From Felis catus (lineage: Eukaryota), in the NCBI RefSeq assembly GCF_018350175.1, contig NC_058382.1:56918001-56982000 (forward strand): 64,000 nucleotides of DNA, read 5' to 3'. Position numbers and translations under genes: made by a program. The notes under the pieces are model-generated. The model was not told where the DNA came from. It ran no database searches and saw nothing but the letters and a program-made list of their open reading frames with translations. This document shows, one piece after another, positions 36,151-48,750 of the stretch (position 1 is its first letter; each line of letters opens with the position of its first letter).

Positions 36151-37399
36151 CAGTCTCCAACATTTAGAAGAGCTAACTGTGCATTTTTGCAGATTTCCTG
36201 GCAGCGGGACGTGGCTGGCTGACGATGCCCTCCTCCAGGAGAAGTCACTGAAAACCTGCCAAGTGGCTCCGGGAAGGATCCCCACTGCCTGGTGAAAGGG
36301 AAAGAAGGAAGGGAGTGGGTCCCCCCCTTTCCCCTGCTTGAACTCGGACAGGGCTCAGATCTCGGAGCCTGAGAAGGGCAGCGTGGGGGTGAGAGAGAAG
36401 AGTGGGGACCCACAGAGAGAGGAAGAGGCTGGATCCTTGAAACCCTCCCTCAGAGTCGGATGGCACCCACCGAGGGACACACGAGCAACAGAAACCGTGA
36501 GTCATCAAGGCTTCTCCGGGTGTGAACCGTCCCAATGACGGGGACAGGAGTGTCACGGCCCATCCGAGGCAGGTAGGCGAGAGGTGGGCTTGGCTCATTC
36601 ATCCTCTTTCTCCCCCTCCCGCTCCCACCCAAGCCCCTTCCCCCACCCACACCCCCACCCACCCCCGTGCCCATACTGCTCACAGCCAAGGGGACTGGTC
36701 ACAGGCTCACACCGGCCACTGGTCAGGCCACTTGGGGTGTCACTGACCGGCTAAGGAACAGGAGACGGCCTCATCTTGTCACGGCCAGTGACGGCGTTTC
36801 AAGAAGGGATGGGACGGCACCCACCCAAACCGATGGCCCTAGGCCCTTGGCAAAGTCACTGGGTCCCCAGGTGCGGTCCAAAATGGCCACGTGGAAATTG
36901 TCAGTGACAGTGCTGGAGCTCCCTCTGCTAGCCAGTCTGTCCAGGCAGTGAAAACTCTATCCCGGAAGACAGCTTGGAGAGCAGCCTGCAGACCCCACCT
37001 GGACCCTCTCCTCCCAGAAAGGCCAAGAAGCCCAGGGCTGACGTTTACTCTCTCGGCCCTGTGCGCAGCCCCCGTGGCTGACCCGCCTCCCCTTGGGTAC
37101 TCTCTGGTCTTAATCAATAATATTAATATTATCAGTCAGGCTCAAGGCCAAGCTGGGGTCCTGCCTCCCTAGGGTTCCTGCAAAAGGAAGGAATTGGATG
37201 AGTGAATGCAACCCTGGATGAGCCCAGGGTTCTGGCTGAAGACAGTGTTGGCTGTTTGGGTTCAAGAAACAGAACCACACAAAAAGGACCCCGTGTGTCG
37301 GGCCCCAAGGCCAGGGGAGAGTAGCCAGGGGCGTGTGGGATGTCATAGCAGACCTTGTCTCCGGGCTTCCTCCTGACTGCATTCCTGTCGGGGGGGGGG

Positions 37400-37815
37400 G
37401 TGTCATGGCAAAGTACTTCAAACCCGGGACCCTAAAACCACGGAAAAGTGCTCCCTCGCGGTTCTGGAAGCTAAAACTCCAAATCGAGGGGTCTGCAGCA
37501 CCGTGCCCCCTCGTCCCAAGGCTCCAGAGGAGAATCCTTGCTTGCCTCTGACCGCTTCTGAGGGCTGCAGCAGTGCTGGGGGTCCCCGGGGCTGTGGCTG
37601 CTTCTCTCCAGTCTCTGCCCCATCGTCTGGCGGCCTCTCCTTCCTGCGTGTCTGTGTCCACATCAACAGCCTCTTCCTGTAAGGACACCGGCCACTGGAC
37701 CGGGGCCCACATTGGTCCATTACGATCTCACCTCAGCAATTATATCTGCCAAGACCCTACTTCCCATTAAGGTCACATTCACCTGTCCTGGGGCTTCAGA
37801 CCTCAATATATATTT
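37400..37815 (-). mobile_element. MLT1C-like MaLR LTR
   Basis: ttctggaagcta...cctcttcctgtaaggacacc...tatatctgccaagaccctacttccc...aaggtcacattc. Confidence 0.75.
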
Positions 37816-37824
37816 AAATGTCTA

Positions 37825-37842
37825 TTTTTTAATTGTTTAAAT

Positions 37843-37873
<31 letters not shown>

Positions 37874-37875
37874 TT

Positions 37876-37917
<42 letters not shown>

Positions 37918-38067
37918 CATGAGTTGGCGAGGGACAGAGAGACAGGGAGGGACGGGATCCCAAGCAGGCTCTGTGCTGACCCGACCCGGGGCTCGAACTC
38001 GTGAACGGTGAGATCGTGACCTGAGCTGAGGTCGGAGGCTCAACCGACTGAGCCGCCCAGGTGCCCC
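37825..38067 (-). mobile_element. SINEC_Fc with (TTTA)n tail
   Basis: Reverse-complement SINE body. Confidence 0.93.
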
Positions 38068-39016
38068 CAGACCTCCACACACCTTCAACCTAGGTTTCCC
38101 CACCTCCCATCCCTGGGGCCACCCATCTGGAAGTGTAAAGACAGAGGCTGTCATTCGCCCAGTGTGGCTCCGGGCTCAGTCCTGCCAGCAGGAAGCGTGA
38201 TGCTGTGGGCTGGGAGCCCCTCGGGGGCCGTCATCCCTACACCCGATGTTTGTCGGAGTCCTGGGAGAGGCTTCCGTCTGTTACCCACAATGCCCACGTC
38301 CGGCACAGAAATGCATTTATCTGACACCGACCCCCTGGTTTGCTTCGCGATTTCACAATTTAGCAAAGGGGATCAGAGAGCAGGGCTGCTGGCACCCCAC
38401 GTCTCAACCCAGCCGTTCCAGGGGCCCGAGGGGCCCGAGCTGCCCTTGCTTTTGGAACAGATCTTCTGCACGGTCCTCCCCCCACCCCCTCTCCTGACAC
38501 GCCCCCAGTCTCACTTGATGGGTGCTTGGGGTCTGCCGTTGTCTCAGAAGGTCTGAGCACCCCTTTCTCGTCCCGCTCCTCGGGTGATACATGCAGACCA
38601 CCTCCGGGGGACGAGCTTAGCGTTTTACAGCTGGCTTTTTAACAAAGGAATTGTGACTTATATCAAGGGTTGATTGGGTTGGGAGAAATTAAGATTTTTT
38701 TTTTTTCATAAGCAAGTAAATTGGGAATTAAATTAGGTCTAAAATTCATTTAAGGCTTCTGACAACTTGTTTGCAGGAAGTAATGGCCCTGGTGCTGGCG
38801 GCTTTAATATCAGAGAGAAGAAGCCTAAGAAAAACTGAGCGGCGCGAAAGAAAGAGGGAAGTAATACATGTGAATGGAGAATTCACGCTCCCCCAAATTT
38901 TATTATGAAAATCTTAAACGGCAAAGCTGAAAGAACTTCTCCAGTGAGCCCCTGTCCCAGCACCTAGATTCTACCATTAACACGTGACTTCACGTGCTGG
39001 ATCATAGTCTGTTCTG

Positions 39017-39061
<45 letters not shown>

Positions 39062-39229
39062 GAGAATTTTTTTGATTAGATGAGTACCAACTTGCCCTGG
39101 GGACTCACTCTTTGCGGGGAAAATGCACAGCAGACTCGCTTTCCAGGGAGTCACTCACTTTCCAAGTTCATCAGCCCACGATCGACTGAAGCCCTTCATA
39201 TCTGACCCCCTCCCCCCACCTTGTGCTAT

Positions 39230-40125
39230 TGTGATTTGTAAGAAATATATATTTGGCCTTCATTCCTTTTCAGGCACAGAGCTCCTAAAACCCTTGGGAT
39301 TTCTTTTCTTTTTTTTTTTTTTTTAACGTTTATTTATTATTGAGAGACAGGGGCAGAGAGAGAGGGAGGCACAGAATCCCAAGCAGGCTCCAAGCTCAGA
39401 GCTGTCAGCACAGAGCCTGACGCGGGGCTTGAACACACGAACTGTGAGATCACGCCCTGAGCTGAAGTCGGAAGCTTAACCCACAGAGCCCCCCAGGCGC
39501 CCCACCCTTGGGATTTCCTAATTGCTCGGAGCTAGAAAGGTGTCTTGTTATCCTTAACAAACCCGTTTCAAACACACCTGAGTTTATATTAATGAGGTGA
39601 TTTCTAGAAAGCGCCTAAGCCTGCCATCTGGGTGCCAGAGGAAGCCACGGAGAGATTGGAGGGTTGCAATTTTCAGTCCCACCCCTAGCCTTCCGGGGAA
39701 AGAAGTCCCTAGGTAACGAAGCCTCCTTAAAACCCAGAAAAGGGCTGGGTTCCGAGAGGTTCCAGAAGAGGGGCAAAGCAGGCGTGGAAGGTCGGCGTCC
39801 TTTCCCAGAGCTTGCTGGGTGCGTCTTTTCCACTTGGCTGTTAACAGGTCAGTAACACGTTTCTCTGAGTTCTGTGAGCCGCTCTAGCAAATTCCGCGAA
39901 TGAGGAGGGGGTCCGGGGAAGCTCCTGTTTGTTGGGAATAGGGCAGAACACAGGAAACAACCTGGAAGGCTGCCTTGAAGACTGAGCCCTCACCTGGGCC
40001 GGGGGGGGGGGGGGGGGGGGGGGGTCTGATACTGTCTCCAGGTAGCTACTGTCAGAACCGAGTCGAATTGTGGGACTCCCAGCTGGTGTCAGAGGACTGC
40101 CGGGTGTGGAAACACCCCACTGGAA
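39230..40125 (+). mobile_element. MER21-family ERV LTR, interrupted by a SINE
   Basis: cacagagctcctaaaacccttgg...cacacctgagtttat...ctgagttctgtgagccgctctagcaaatt...cccagctggtgtc. Confidence 0.7.
39304..39503 (-). mobile_element. SINEC_Fc
   Basis: TSD ccttgggatttc on both sides. Confidence 0.93.
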
Positions 40126-40261
40126 TGGGGATTTTACCTTTTACCACCTCCCACCAACACATTTCCCTGTTTGGCGCCCCTGGAATGTGTCCTTAACTCC
40201 CCTCTGCCTGGTAACCTCCTATTCCACCGTTAAGACCCGACTCATCTAACTCCCCCCCCCC

Positions 40262-40472
40262 TTTTTTTTTTTTTTAACATTTGTTCGTTTTTTGAGAGAT
40301 GGAGCGTGAGAAGGGGTGGGGCAGAGAGAGAAGGAGACACAGAATCCGAAACGGGCTCCAGGCTCCAAGCCGTCAGCACAGAGCCCGACACGGGGCTCGA
40401 ACTCACAAACCCTAAGATCATGACCTGAGCCAAAGTCGGACGCTTAACTGACTGAGTCACCCAGGTGGCCCT
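40262..40472 (-). mobile_element. SINEC_Fc
   Basis: TSD ctcatctaac on both sides. Confidence 0.93.
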
Positions 40473-40615
40473 CATCTAACCCTTTAAGACAAAACTAGCC
40501 TCGGTTCTTGCAAAGAGAGGGAGCCTCATTCTCTTGTGATCCCCGAAGTATTTCCAACATGGCTTTAACACCACACTGTCCTCAAATTCTTTGTCCTGTG
40601 TCTCATTCCCCTGGT

Positions 40616-40617
<2 letters not shown>

Positions 40618-40657
<40 letters not shown>

Positions 40658-40663
40658 CACACA

Positions 40664-40704
<41 letters not shown>
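40618..40704. repeat. (GA)n(CA)n compound microsatellite
   Basis: Direct reading. Confidence 0.95.
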
Positions 40705-40707
<3 letters not shown>

Positions 40708-41141
40708 GGGGGTCCCTTGGGACTTTGATTCATCTTCTCATCCCCTTTGGTGCCTGGCACAGGGCCTGATGTGAGGCAGGTGTGTAAACGGTAGGCAAAC
40801 GGTGCACAAGAATGCCGGCTGGAACTCCCCAGAACGAAGTAATCGTGGCGAGATTTAAGTTCAAGCTGCCCCGTCACACTCACCGGCACCCTCTTTGCAG
40901 ACCAGCCTGCAAGGCCAGATACGAGCCCACATCCCGTGGCCCCCATTCCCTCTGTGTGAAGCATCACTACCACAACCAGGAGCAAGGAACAGTGCAACAC
41001 ATGAGCAGGTGTTTTCTAAAGGGCCGATAAAAACAGCTGCTACTCAAAAAAAAAAAAAAAAAAATGTGTTCGGTGACTAAGGTGGGGAAGCATTACACTA
41101 AGCAATGTGCACAGATTTCTCACAAGCAGGACTTCTCGGAA

Positions 41142-41335
41142 CTTTTATTTCTGAGACAGACATAGTATGAGCCAGGGAGGATCAGAGAGAGAGAGGGAGA
41201 CGCAGAATCCGAAGCAGGCTCCGGGCTCTGAGCCGTCAGCACAGAGCCCGACGCGGGGCTCCAACTCCGGAACGGTGAGATTGTGACCGGAGCCGAAGTC
41301 ACATGCTTCACCGACTGAGCCAGCCAGGCGCCCCC
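41142..41335 (-). mobile_element. SINEC_Fc
   Basis: TSD cttctcRgaacttt on both sides. Confidence 0.92.
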
Positions 41336-41869
41336 GGGCTTCTCAGAACTTTCAACCTGCTAATATCTAATGTGAATTTACACGCAGTGACCGTCTAGAA
41401 GGTGTTTGCAGAACAGAGTCTTTCGTGGAAGAGAGGCCAGCACTGCACGGACGCACCTTGAAAGCCCCAGCTCCCAATTCTGTTTCCTGCCACGGTGCTG
41501 TGCCACCCTGACCACTTTGGCGTCCTACGTCCCCGGCTTCAAGTTGAATTTCTTATACTAAATATTGAACTAAACATGGAGTTGGTGGATTTACACTGGG
41601 TTTTGCTGTCTTTCGGTCTGGAAGAAGCCCGAACTCCGGGGATGTGGGTGGTACAGATCAGCCGGAGGAGAGGACCTAAGAGAGGAAGGTTCCAGGCACC
41701 CATTGAGATGTGTGACTATTTCAAAAGAAAGCTGTCCTCGGAAGAACCTGTGTTGTCATCATCCAAAGCCTTAGAGAGGCCAGCATGGCCGTCAGAGTCC
41801 CTGTGGAATTGTCCACCTGTCTCTCCCAATAACACCCGCTCCCCAAAAAATAAGTAAATAAATTATGAT

Positions 41870-42075
41870 GGGGCACCTAGGTGACTCAGTCGGTTAAGCG
41901 TCGTAATTTCAGCTCAGGTCATGATCTCACAGTCCACAAGTTCGAGCCCCACATTGGGCTCTGTGTCGGCAGCTGGAGCCTGCTGGGGATTCTCTCTCTC
42001 TCTCTTTCTCTCTCTCTCAAAATAAATAAATTTTTTAAACAACTTTTAAATAAATAAAATTTTTTAAAAATGTAA
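41870..42075 (+). mobile_element. SINEC
   Basis: ggggcacctaggtgactcagtcggttaag head. Confidence 0.9.
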
Positions 42076-43424
42076 TGAATACATGTAAAAATGCTCCCCT
42101 ACCCTGCAGTTAACGACTGGCTTCACTGGCTTTTTCTGGGCTGCCCTAGAAGCATAATCATTCTGGGCCCAGCATAGGGCCTTACACAAAATAGGGCTCA
42201 GCCAACATTTGATGCTTGGCCATGTGTGTATACCGGAGAGCTGTGCTCAGAGGGAAAAATGGACCCCGGTTAGTCCATCTCAAAGGCCTCCTGTTGTTCT
42301 GATGGGAGAGAAAGATCCTCCGGATGCTGGCCTCCTGAGACTTGGAAACCGTATCCCCCTAGAGCGCACGATCTCCTCTCACTCCCAGCTGGATGTTCAC
42401 GTCTGTCCAAGTCCTGCAGGCTGCGTCGGGAACTGAGGGAAGCATGTCAGGATATTTACACTCCTGTCATCAGCATGCTTTTAGCTGCAAGCGACCAATG
42501 ATGTATTTCCACCCACTGATGCGAGAAGGCTCACCTGTTGACTCTTGTAAGCAAGACTTCTGGGGTGGATTCAGGCATGGCTGAATCCAGGTGCTCAAAG
42601 ATACTCCTCAGGAGCCCGCAGTCACCGGTCAGCTGTGCCACCCTCTGTGTTGGCCCTTGCCATAGTGGTAAAATGACGAGCCGCAGTTCTGATGGCATCG
42701 AAATCCCCTCAAGAAAGAGCTGCCCTGGGTCAGGATTCCCGCAAACATCCCGAGGTGGCATCTCATTAGTCTGGCTTGGGGCAAATGCCCATCTTTGGGC
42801 CAATCACAGTCGCTGAGAAAGAAGACGATCCAATTGGCCAGGCCTCGGTCAGTGCCTTCTGCTAAACTCAGAATCGGTACCAGCCAGCTCGTCAAAACCC
42901 TTGAGTTGTTACCAATGGGGGAGAAGAGTTGCCAAGACAGAATTGGGTAATATTCCCAGGCAGAGAGTGAACCACATGTTCAATCTGGGGAAGATTCACC
43001 TAATTTCTAAGCTTCCCCACTCTCTCCCTCTCCTCCCCACTAAACTAGCCCTTCTCCAGCCAACCCCAGGTAGCTGGTAAACTCCCACCTCCCCCCGCAT
43101 TGCCTGGTAAACTCTGAGCTGCTACTCTGACCCACCCGGAACCCAACAATGAGTCTCTTCTTGCTCAAAACTCGTTTTAGCCTGAGCCCTCTAGTCAATT
43201 CGTGGCTCTCAAAAGTCAGAGGACATTTATTAAACACCCACTGAGTACCAGGAGCTATGCCGGGCCCTCCACTAATGGGGTTCCAGTCTGGCTACTCATT
43301 AGAAACACCTGGAAAACTTTTACACAACCGTGTTGGGGCCCTACCCACAGAGATGCTGATTATTGTTCTGGGAATGTGGCCAGGAGCCTCGGTATTTTTC
43401 CCCAACCTTCCCTCCTCCAGTGTT

Positions 43425-43940
43425 TGCTGTCCATCGATGGAAAGATGGATAAAGAAGATTGTGTGTGTGTGTGCGTCACGCACACACGTGCACACAGTGG
43501 AGTACTAGCCATGAAAGAGTGGAATCTTTCCATTTGTGAAAACCTAGATGGGTCTAGAAGCTGTTATGCTAAGTGAAGTAAGAGGGAGAAAGACAAAAAC
43601 GGAATGGTTTCACTTGGACGTGGAATCTAAAAAAAACAAACCGAATAAAACAGAAACAAACTGATAGACAACAGAGAACAATCCAGTGGTTGCCAGAGAG
43701 AAGGGGAGCAAAAGGGATCAAAAGGTACAAACTTCCAGTTATAAAGTGAAAAGACACGGGGATATGATGTAAGGCACAGGGAATAGTACAGTTAATAATG
43801 TGTAGCGAGTTTGTGTGGTTACAGGTGGCAGATTTATCAAAGCGATCACTTCGTAGCGTATGACTGTTGAATCACTGTGTTCTACAAAGAGCGAAACTGT
43901 ATCTATAATACTGTACGTCAACTACAGTTCAATTCAAAGA
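43425..43940 (+). mobile_element. L1 3' end (L1MA/L1_Carn-type)
   Basis: tgtccatcga...tggataaagaaga...atgctaagtgaa...ggtacaaacttccagttataa...gtcaactac. Confidence 0.8.
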
Positions 43941-46449
43941 ATCCTTGAGGTTAGGCAATAAAATGTTTCACCCCATAGGTAATGGAGAGCTGTCTTGGGG
44001 GCCAAACCAGGAAATGCCAGATGTGCCTTCCAGAAACAGCCCTGGGGGAGGCGCTAAGGCTCTGGGTTTGGAGTGAGCAGCACTGGTCTGAAGCCCTTAT
44101 TCTAAAAGCAGGACTGAACGCACCATTTGTGGGGACCAGTGCAAAATAAGAGGCAAGGTCCTTTGTTCAAAAGCTATTGAGAGTTTCAAGACGGTGACAA
44201 CAGGCTGAAATGAAAAGGTGGGGGGGGGCGGGGGGGGGGTTCTGAGCACCAAGAACTGTGCGTGGGTCATACACGAGGAAGCCGACCCAGTTTCACTGCA
44301 CACAAACTTGGGAAAGTCATCTGACCCCCTAAGTTCCTGTCCCGTTCCTGGAAACAAGACAGCGACACCTACCACTGGGGGTGGGGGGCAGGTATAGAGA
44401 CCACAGTGGGAACACGGATGTGCAGTGCTTAAGGTGGGGCTTAGGTACCACTTTGTGGTTGAGGGGAAGAAGAGAGGTTGACCATCTGGTGTGAGTGGAG
44501 GCCCCGTCTCCACCTGCCAATTGAAAATCTAAGGCTTTCCATGATGCATGGAATCCTGCCCCTGTCTAAGAGTGGCCCCAGACCTCTGGCTGTGGTCAGC
44601 AGAGGACAGCTTTGTGCAACTAAAGCCCCAGGACAGGGGAAGTCCCCAACATCAAGGGCCTTGCTTGGCCAGAAGGGATGGCGGAGAGCCCGAACAATTT
44701 ATTTCCAGTTCTCAAAACTAAAGCAAACAAAAGACCCAAGTAGTGATATGAACCATTGACCTTCGGGGTCAGGCTAGGTTAGTAAACGGGTTACAGCAAA
44801 GGGCACGTGAGCTGCGTGCAACAGAGGCAACATAAAGTAGTTGCTTTCCTGGGACCTAGAACCCAAATCCCCCACCCTTCTATTCCCAGGTTGAAAAACT
44901 TTAGAGCCCTGCTGGCTCTCCCAAGACGGGAGAGGCACTTCCCTGCGCAGTTTTTCATTCGATATCTACAAGGACCTGGAGAGCTGGGCATTTTTACAGA
45001 TTTCGTTTGCAAACAGATGAATAAACAACACTCCCAGGGCTATTTCTAGGACAGGCTGGCTCCCTCCGCCCCAGGGCCTTTGCATGCGCTGCGTGTTTTG
45101 TTGGAAATGCTGTTCTTTCACTCCACTCCATACGTGGCTGACACCTACACGTGCTTGCATCGCAGCTCAACATCGCATCATCGGGAAGGCTTTTTCAAAT
45201 CTTGCAGACCTCCCTGGTCTCCTTGTTTATTGCTTGTATACCTTTCAGAGCTTCTATTGTGCCATATACACCTCTCCGTATGGTTATCCGATTAACGTCT
45301 TTCTCCCTTACCAGTCTGTAAGCCCCAAGAAGGCAGGAACTCACCATTTTGCTCGCCATTGACTCTCCGATATCCTGGACACTGCTGGGCACATACCCAC
45401 AAATACGTATTTATTGAATGAATGAATACATTTGCCCAACAACACACAGCTTCTAGACAGGCAGAGCCGGCATTCAACCCACATCATCTGACCCTAAGTC
45501 AACCCACTTCCCACTTTATCTTGTTGCCAAAGATGAGCAAATGTCCACTACAAATAGGAGAAAGAAAATCGTGGGTTTTTTTTTTCTTTTTCAATAAAAC
45601 TTTCCACTGCGTTATCATGTCGTGTTTTCTTGAGCCCATACAAAAAACATGAGCCTGCCCCTCAGAGACAAACCCCAGTTTCTACTTCTCTGCCTCCAAA
45701 ACATTAATAAATAAAAAACGTTAGAATAAATAGATGAACCAGACAGAGAAATTGTTGAAAGTCGGGGTGGGGAGGAGAGGCTATAGGATTCTAGGGTCCC
45801 GAGGGCCCAAAGGATTCGCCAGGTCTCTGGTCCCCCCGCGCCATTCTAAAGGCAGCGAGTGGAGGCACAGAGAGGTTAAGGGACCTGCCCCAAAGCACAC
45901 AGCCACTTAGTCCAACGTGAATCTCCTGTTCCCAGGTGTACACTCTCTCCAACTTCTTGCTTCTGCAGCCAGACCTTTCTGCCAGCTCTAGAAGCTGCTT
46001 GCTCTGTTCAGCCCCACACGGCTACGCCACCTCCTGCCTGCCTGCCCCGGGGAAGGACTACTGAGTGCGTCGTCTCATTTGGGGCTTCTTCCAGAAGCAA
46101 CCCCTGAGCAGGATTCTGCTCTACGTATGTGAGAGGTGCCAGGTCCACTGGGGACTGGAGAGTTGGGACCGAGAGGGAAAGTGGCTCGCACTGGGCGGCT
46201 CATCAGACCAGCTACCACTGGGGGCACCTGGGGCCTGGAAGCCCTGGGCAGACTCACCCCCAAGGGCTAAGGGGGCTGGAATATTTACACACCAACTGCT
46301 GCCAGCCGCTGTCTGCAGGCTGGTCGGGGCGGAGGGGGTGGGTATGAGGTGGTGATGGCAACACGGCTCTGCTGGTGAGAAAAAGCTCTTGCGGAGAGAG
46401 ATGTTGGTGTTTCCTCAAGGGGCAAAGGTGGGGAATTATGGGAAGGCCA

Positions 46450-46579
46450 CTATAGAACAGTGTCCCCCCAAAAACGTACGTTGAAGTCCTAATCCCCCAG
46501 CTCCTGGGAGTGTGGTCTTATTTGGGAACAGTCTTGGCAGATGTCATCAAGTTAAGGCGAGGTCATACTGGCTTGGGGC

Positions 46580-46610
<31 letters not shown>

Positions 46611-46915
46611 TAATCCAGTGCCTGGGGTCATAATAGGAGGGAAAGAAACAGATACAGAAGCCCTCCGGGGCGGGGGAGAGGCCACGGGACAGTGGAGGCA
46701 GAGATTGGAGACGTACTGCCATGAGCCAAGGGATCCCAAAGATTGCCAGAAGCCACCAGAGGCTGGAAGAAGGAAGGATTCTCCCCTAGAGGCTCCAGGG
46801 GCAACGTGGGCCTGCCGACATGTCGATTTCAGGCCCCTGCCTCCAGAATATGACAGAATACCTGTCCGTTGTTGCAAGGCCCCCAGTGTGTGGCACCTAC
46901 AAGTAGCAGATTTTT
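46450..46915 (+). mobile_element. MLT1C-like MaLR LTR containing a G29 run
   Basis: gttgaagtcctaatccc...gaggtcatactgg...gccaagg...ttctcccctagag...cctccagaat. Confidence 0.8.
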
Positions 46916-47849
46916 ATCAGGTATGTGTGTCCCTCAAGGCCGTGGGATAAGTTTCTCTCCTTTCCTCCAATCAGCGATTCCCACCCGCCCCCAGCCTTGT
47001 AGCTCAGGCCACCACGCTGACCCTGCCAGGGCTCTCCTTAGCAGGGCAGAGGATGGACGTGTCCGCAACATTCCACGTGGTAATTGTCCGAATGATCCTG
47101 CACACAGTGAGGTAGAGACCTCTCTAATACTCAGTAACTCGGTTAAGAGGAGGACAGAAGGGGGCTGGGACCTTCCCACTGGAGATAAGCGGTCCATGTG
47201 CTGGAGCAAAGGCGTCTGGGACCTGGGCCATGCCTGCCAGACCACCCTTCTACATACGCCCCTCCCCAAGCAGTGTTACCCCTTGGGGGCACAAGATAGG
47301 AAAGGGGACGTTCTGCACCCAGCTCCCAGGGGGTGTGAACATGCACCAGACCCTGGGCCGGCACGGGGCAGGAGAACACCATCAAGAAGGAGAAGGGAGC
47401 TCGCCTTTTGTGGAAGGGAGGGCCCGCAGCATGGCGTAGCTGTCGCCCCCAACATGCCAGGTCAACGTGCACTCTAGGGTGAGAGATCCTGGCACGTTTT
47501 TAGAAACCTCCATCTCTGTGTAATGCCAGAAGCTCCAGAGAGGCAACCCTTCTAACAACCCAGAAGAGAGGAGCTTCCAGACTGCCTGGACGCTGGAGGA
47601 AGGTGCCCCGGAGGACAGCAGGGAGGCAGAGGCAGGGAGAAGGCTGAGGGGCGCGTTAACAGCTTTGATTTGCACACACGTCTTTACTGTCGGACTCTTA
47701 TAACGGGCGTGCGCACGGATTACCTCCAGAATCCGTTTCTTCTTTGTTCTTAGCTCCCCGGCTGGTAACGATGGCCCCGCTCGCCACCTTCCCCTCTGCT
47801 TTCCCGTGGTAAGGCAGCCGCCGTGGTTAGCAGGGAGAAGGGAGCTAAC

Positions 47850-48750
47850 AAGGTGTTGGTACCAGCTCCCTGGAATGACGGAGACACCCGTATTTTAAAG
47901 GCGCATCCGGTCAGTTCCACCCCGGCCTGGGGCAGCCTGGCCCAGGGGAGGGCGGCGACACGCTGGAGCGACAGGCCAAGTTCACGGACACCACGAGCGG
48001 CCAAACACGGCGCGGCCGGCAGGACGCGCGCCAGGGCTTCAGCCCACAGGTGGCCGGGGTCACCTCCACCTCCGACGTGGGGCTCACGGCGCGCGCATCC
48101 TCCCCGCGTTCTCCACGCGGGCTAGGCCACGTGACTTGCTTTGGCCAATGGGAAGGAGCGAACGTGGTGCGTGGGGAGGCCGGAAACCGTTCTACTGCTT
48201 CTGCGCAACAGGAACGCCGGGTGAGCTGCCTGCGTCCGCTCCCCGGGAGCCTCTGAGCTGAGCTGCTGGCCGGCGCCCTGGATGCTGCAGGCAGGTGCGC
48301 GCGTGGGGACAGGTGTGCACCGGAAGCAGGTGTGCGCGTGCGGGGAGGTGTGGACGTGGGGCAGGTGTGCGCGTGCGGGCAGGTGTGGGCCTGGGGGCAG
48401 CGGTGCGCATCTGTTTCATTTATGGCAGTCGGTAAGTTAGAATCACCGCGTGAGGGCCTGAGTAGTGTGATCACCACCGAGAAATCGTCTTGGGTGCTCG
48501 TTTCCCACGTGACTCTGGCGACGTCCCCTCGTGACCTACGTGGGTCACGTGAGGGAGCCCCTCCTCCCCCCGAGCAGCCCCGGCCCAAACACGGCCACGC
48601 GGCCAAGGCAGGGCAAGCAGAATGCTTCGTCAGGTGTTGATTCCAGGCTGGGGAGATGGGCTGCCTTTCTCCTTCTAGAAATGACCGGCTGTCGAGAGGA
48701 CGAAGGCTTGGCGGGGCGGGGCGGAGAAGTCTCAGCGGCCACACTGGTTC
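47850..48750. promoter_or_regulatory. Orphan CpG island with promoter-like motifs
   Basis: CpG-dense. CACGTGAC at 48128 and 48506, CCAAT at 48145, GTCACGTGA at 48544, GC box near 48712. Confidence 0.6.
48290..48405 (+). repeat. 17/18-bp GC-rich minisatellite with a CAGGTG core
   Basis: CAGGTG at 48292, 48310, 48327, 48362 and 48380; GAGGTG at 48345. Confidence 0.85.

Noticed and set aside
48125..48151. ER-stress element (CCAAT-N9-CCACG)
   Set aside because: Order and orientation of the two parts do not fit ERSE; a USF/NF-Y arrangement fits better.
47911..48744. 277-aa minus-strand ORF and other long ORFs in GC-rich tracts (24131-24829, 58406-59203, 59799-60551)
   Set aside because: Low-complexity P/R/A/G composition expected from stop-poor GC-rich or repeat DNA; no recognisable domain.
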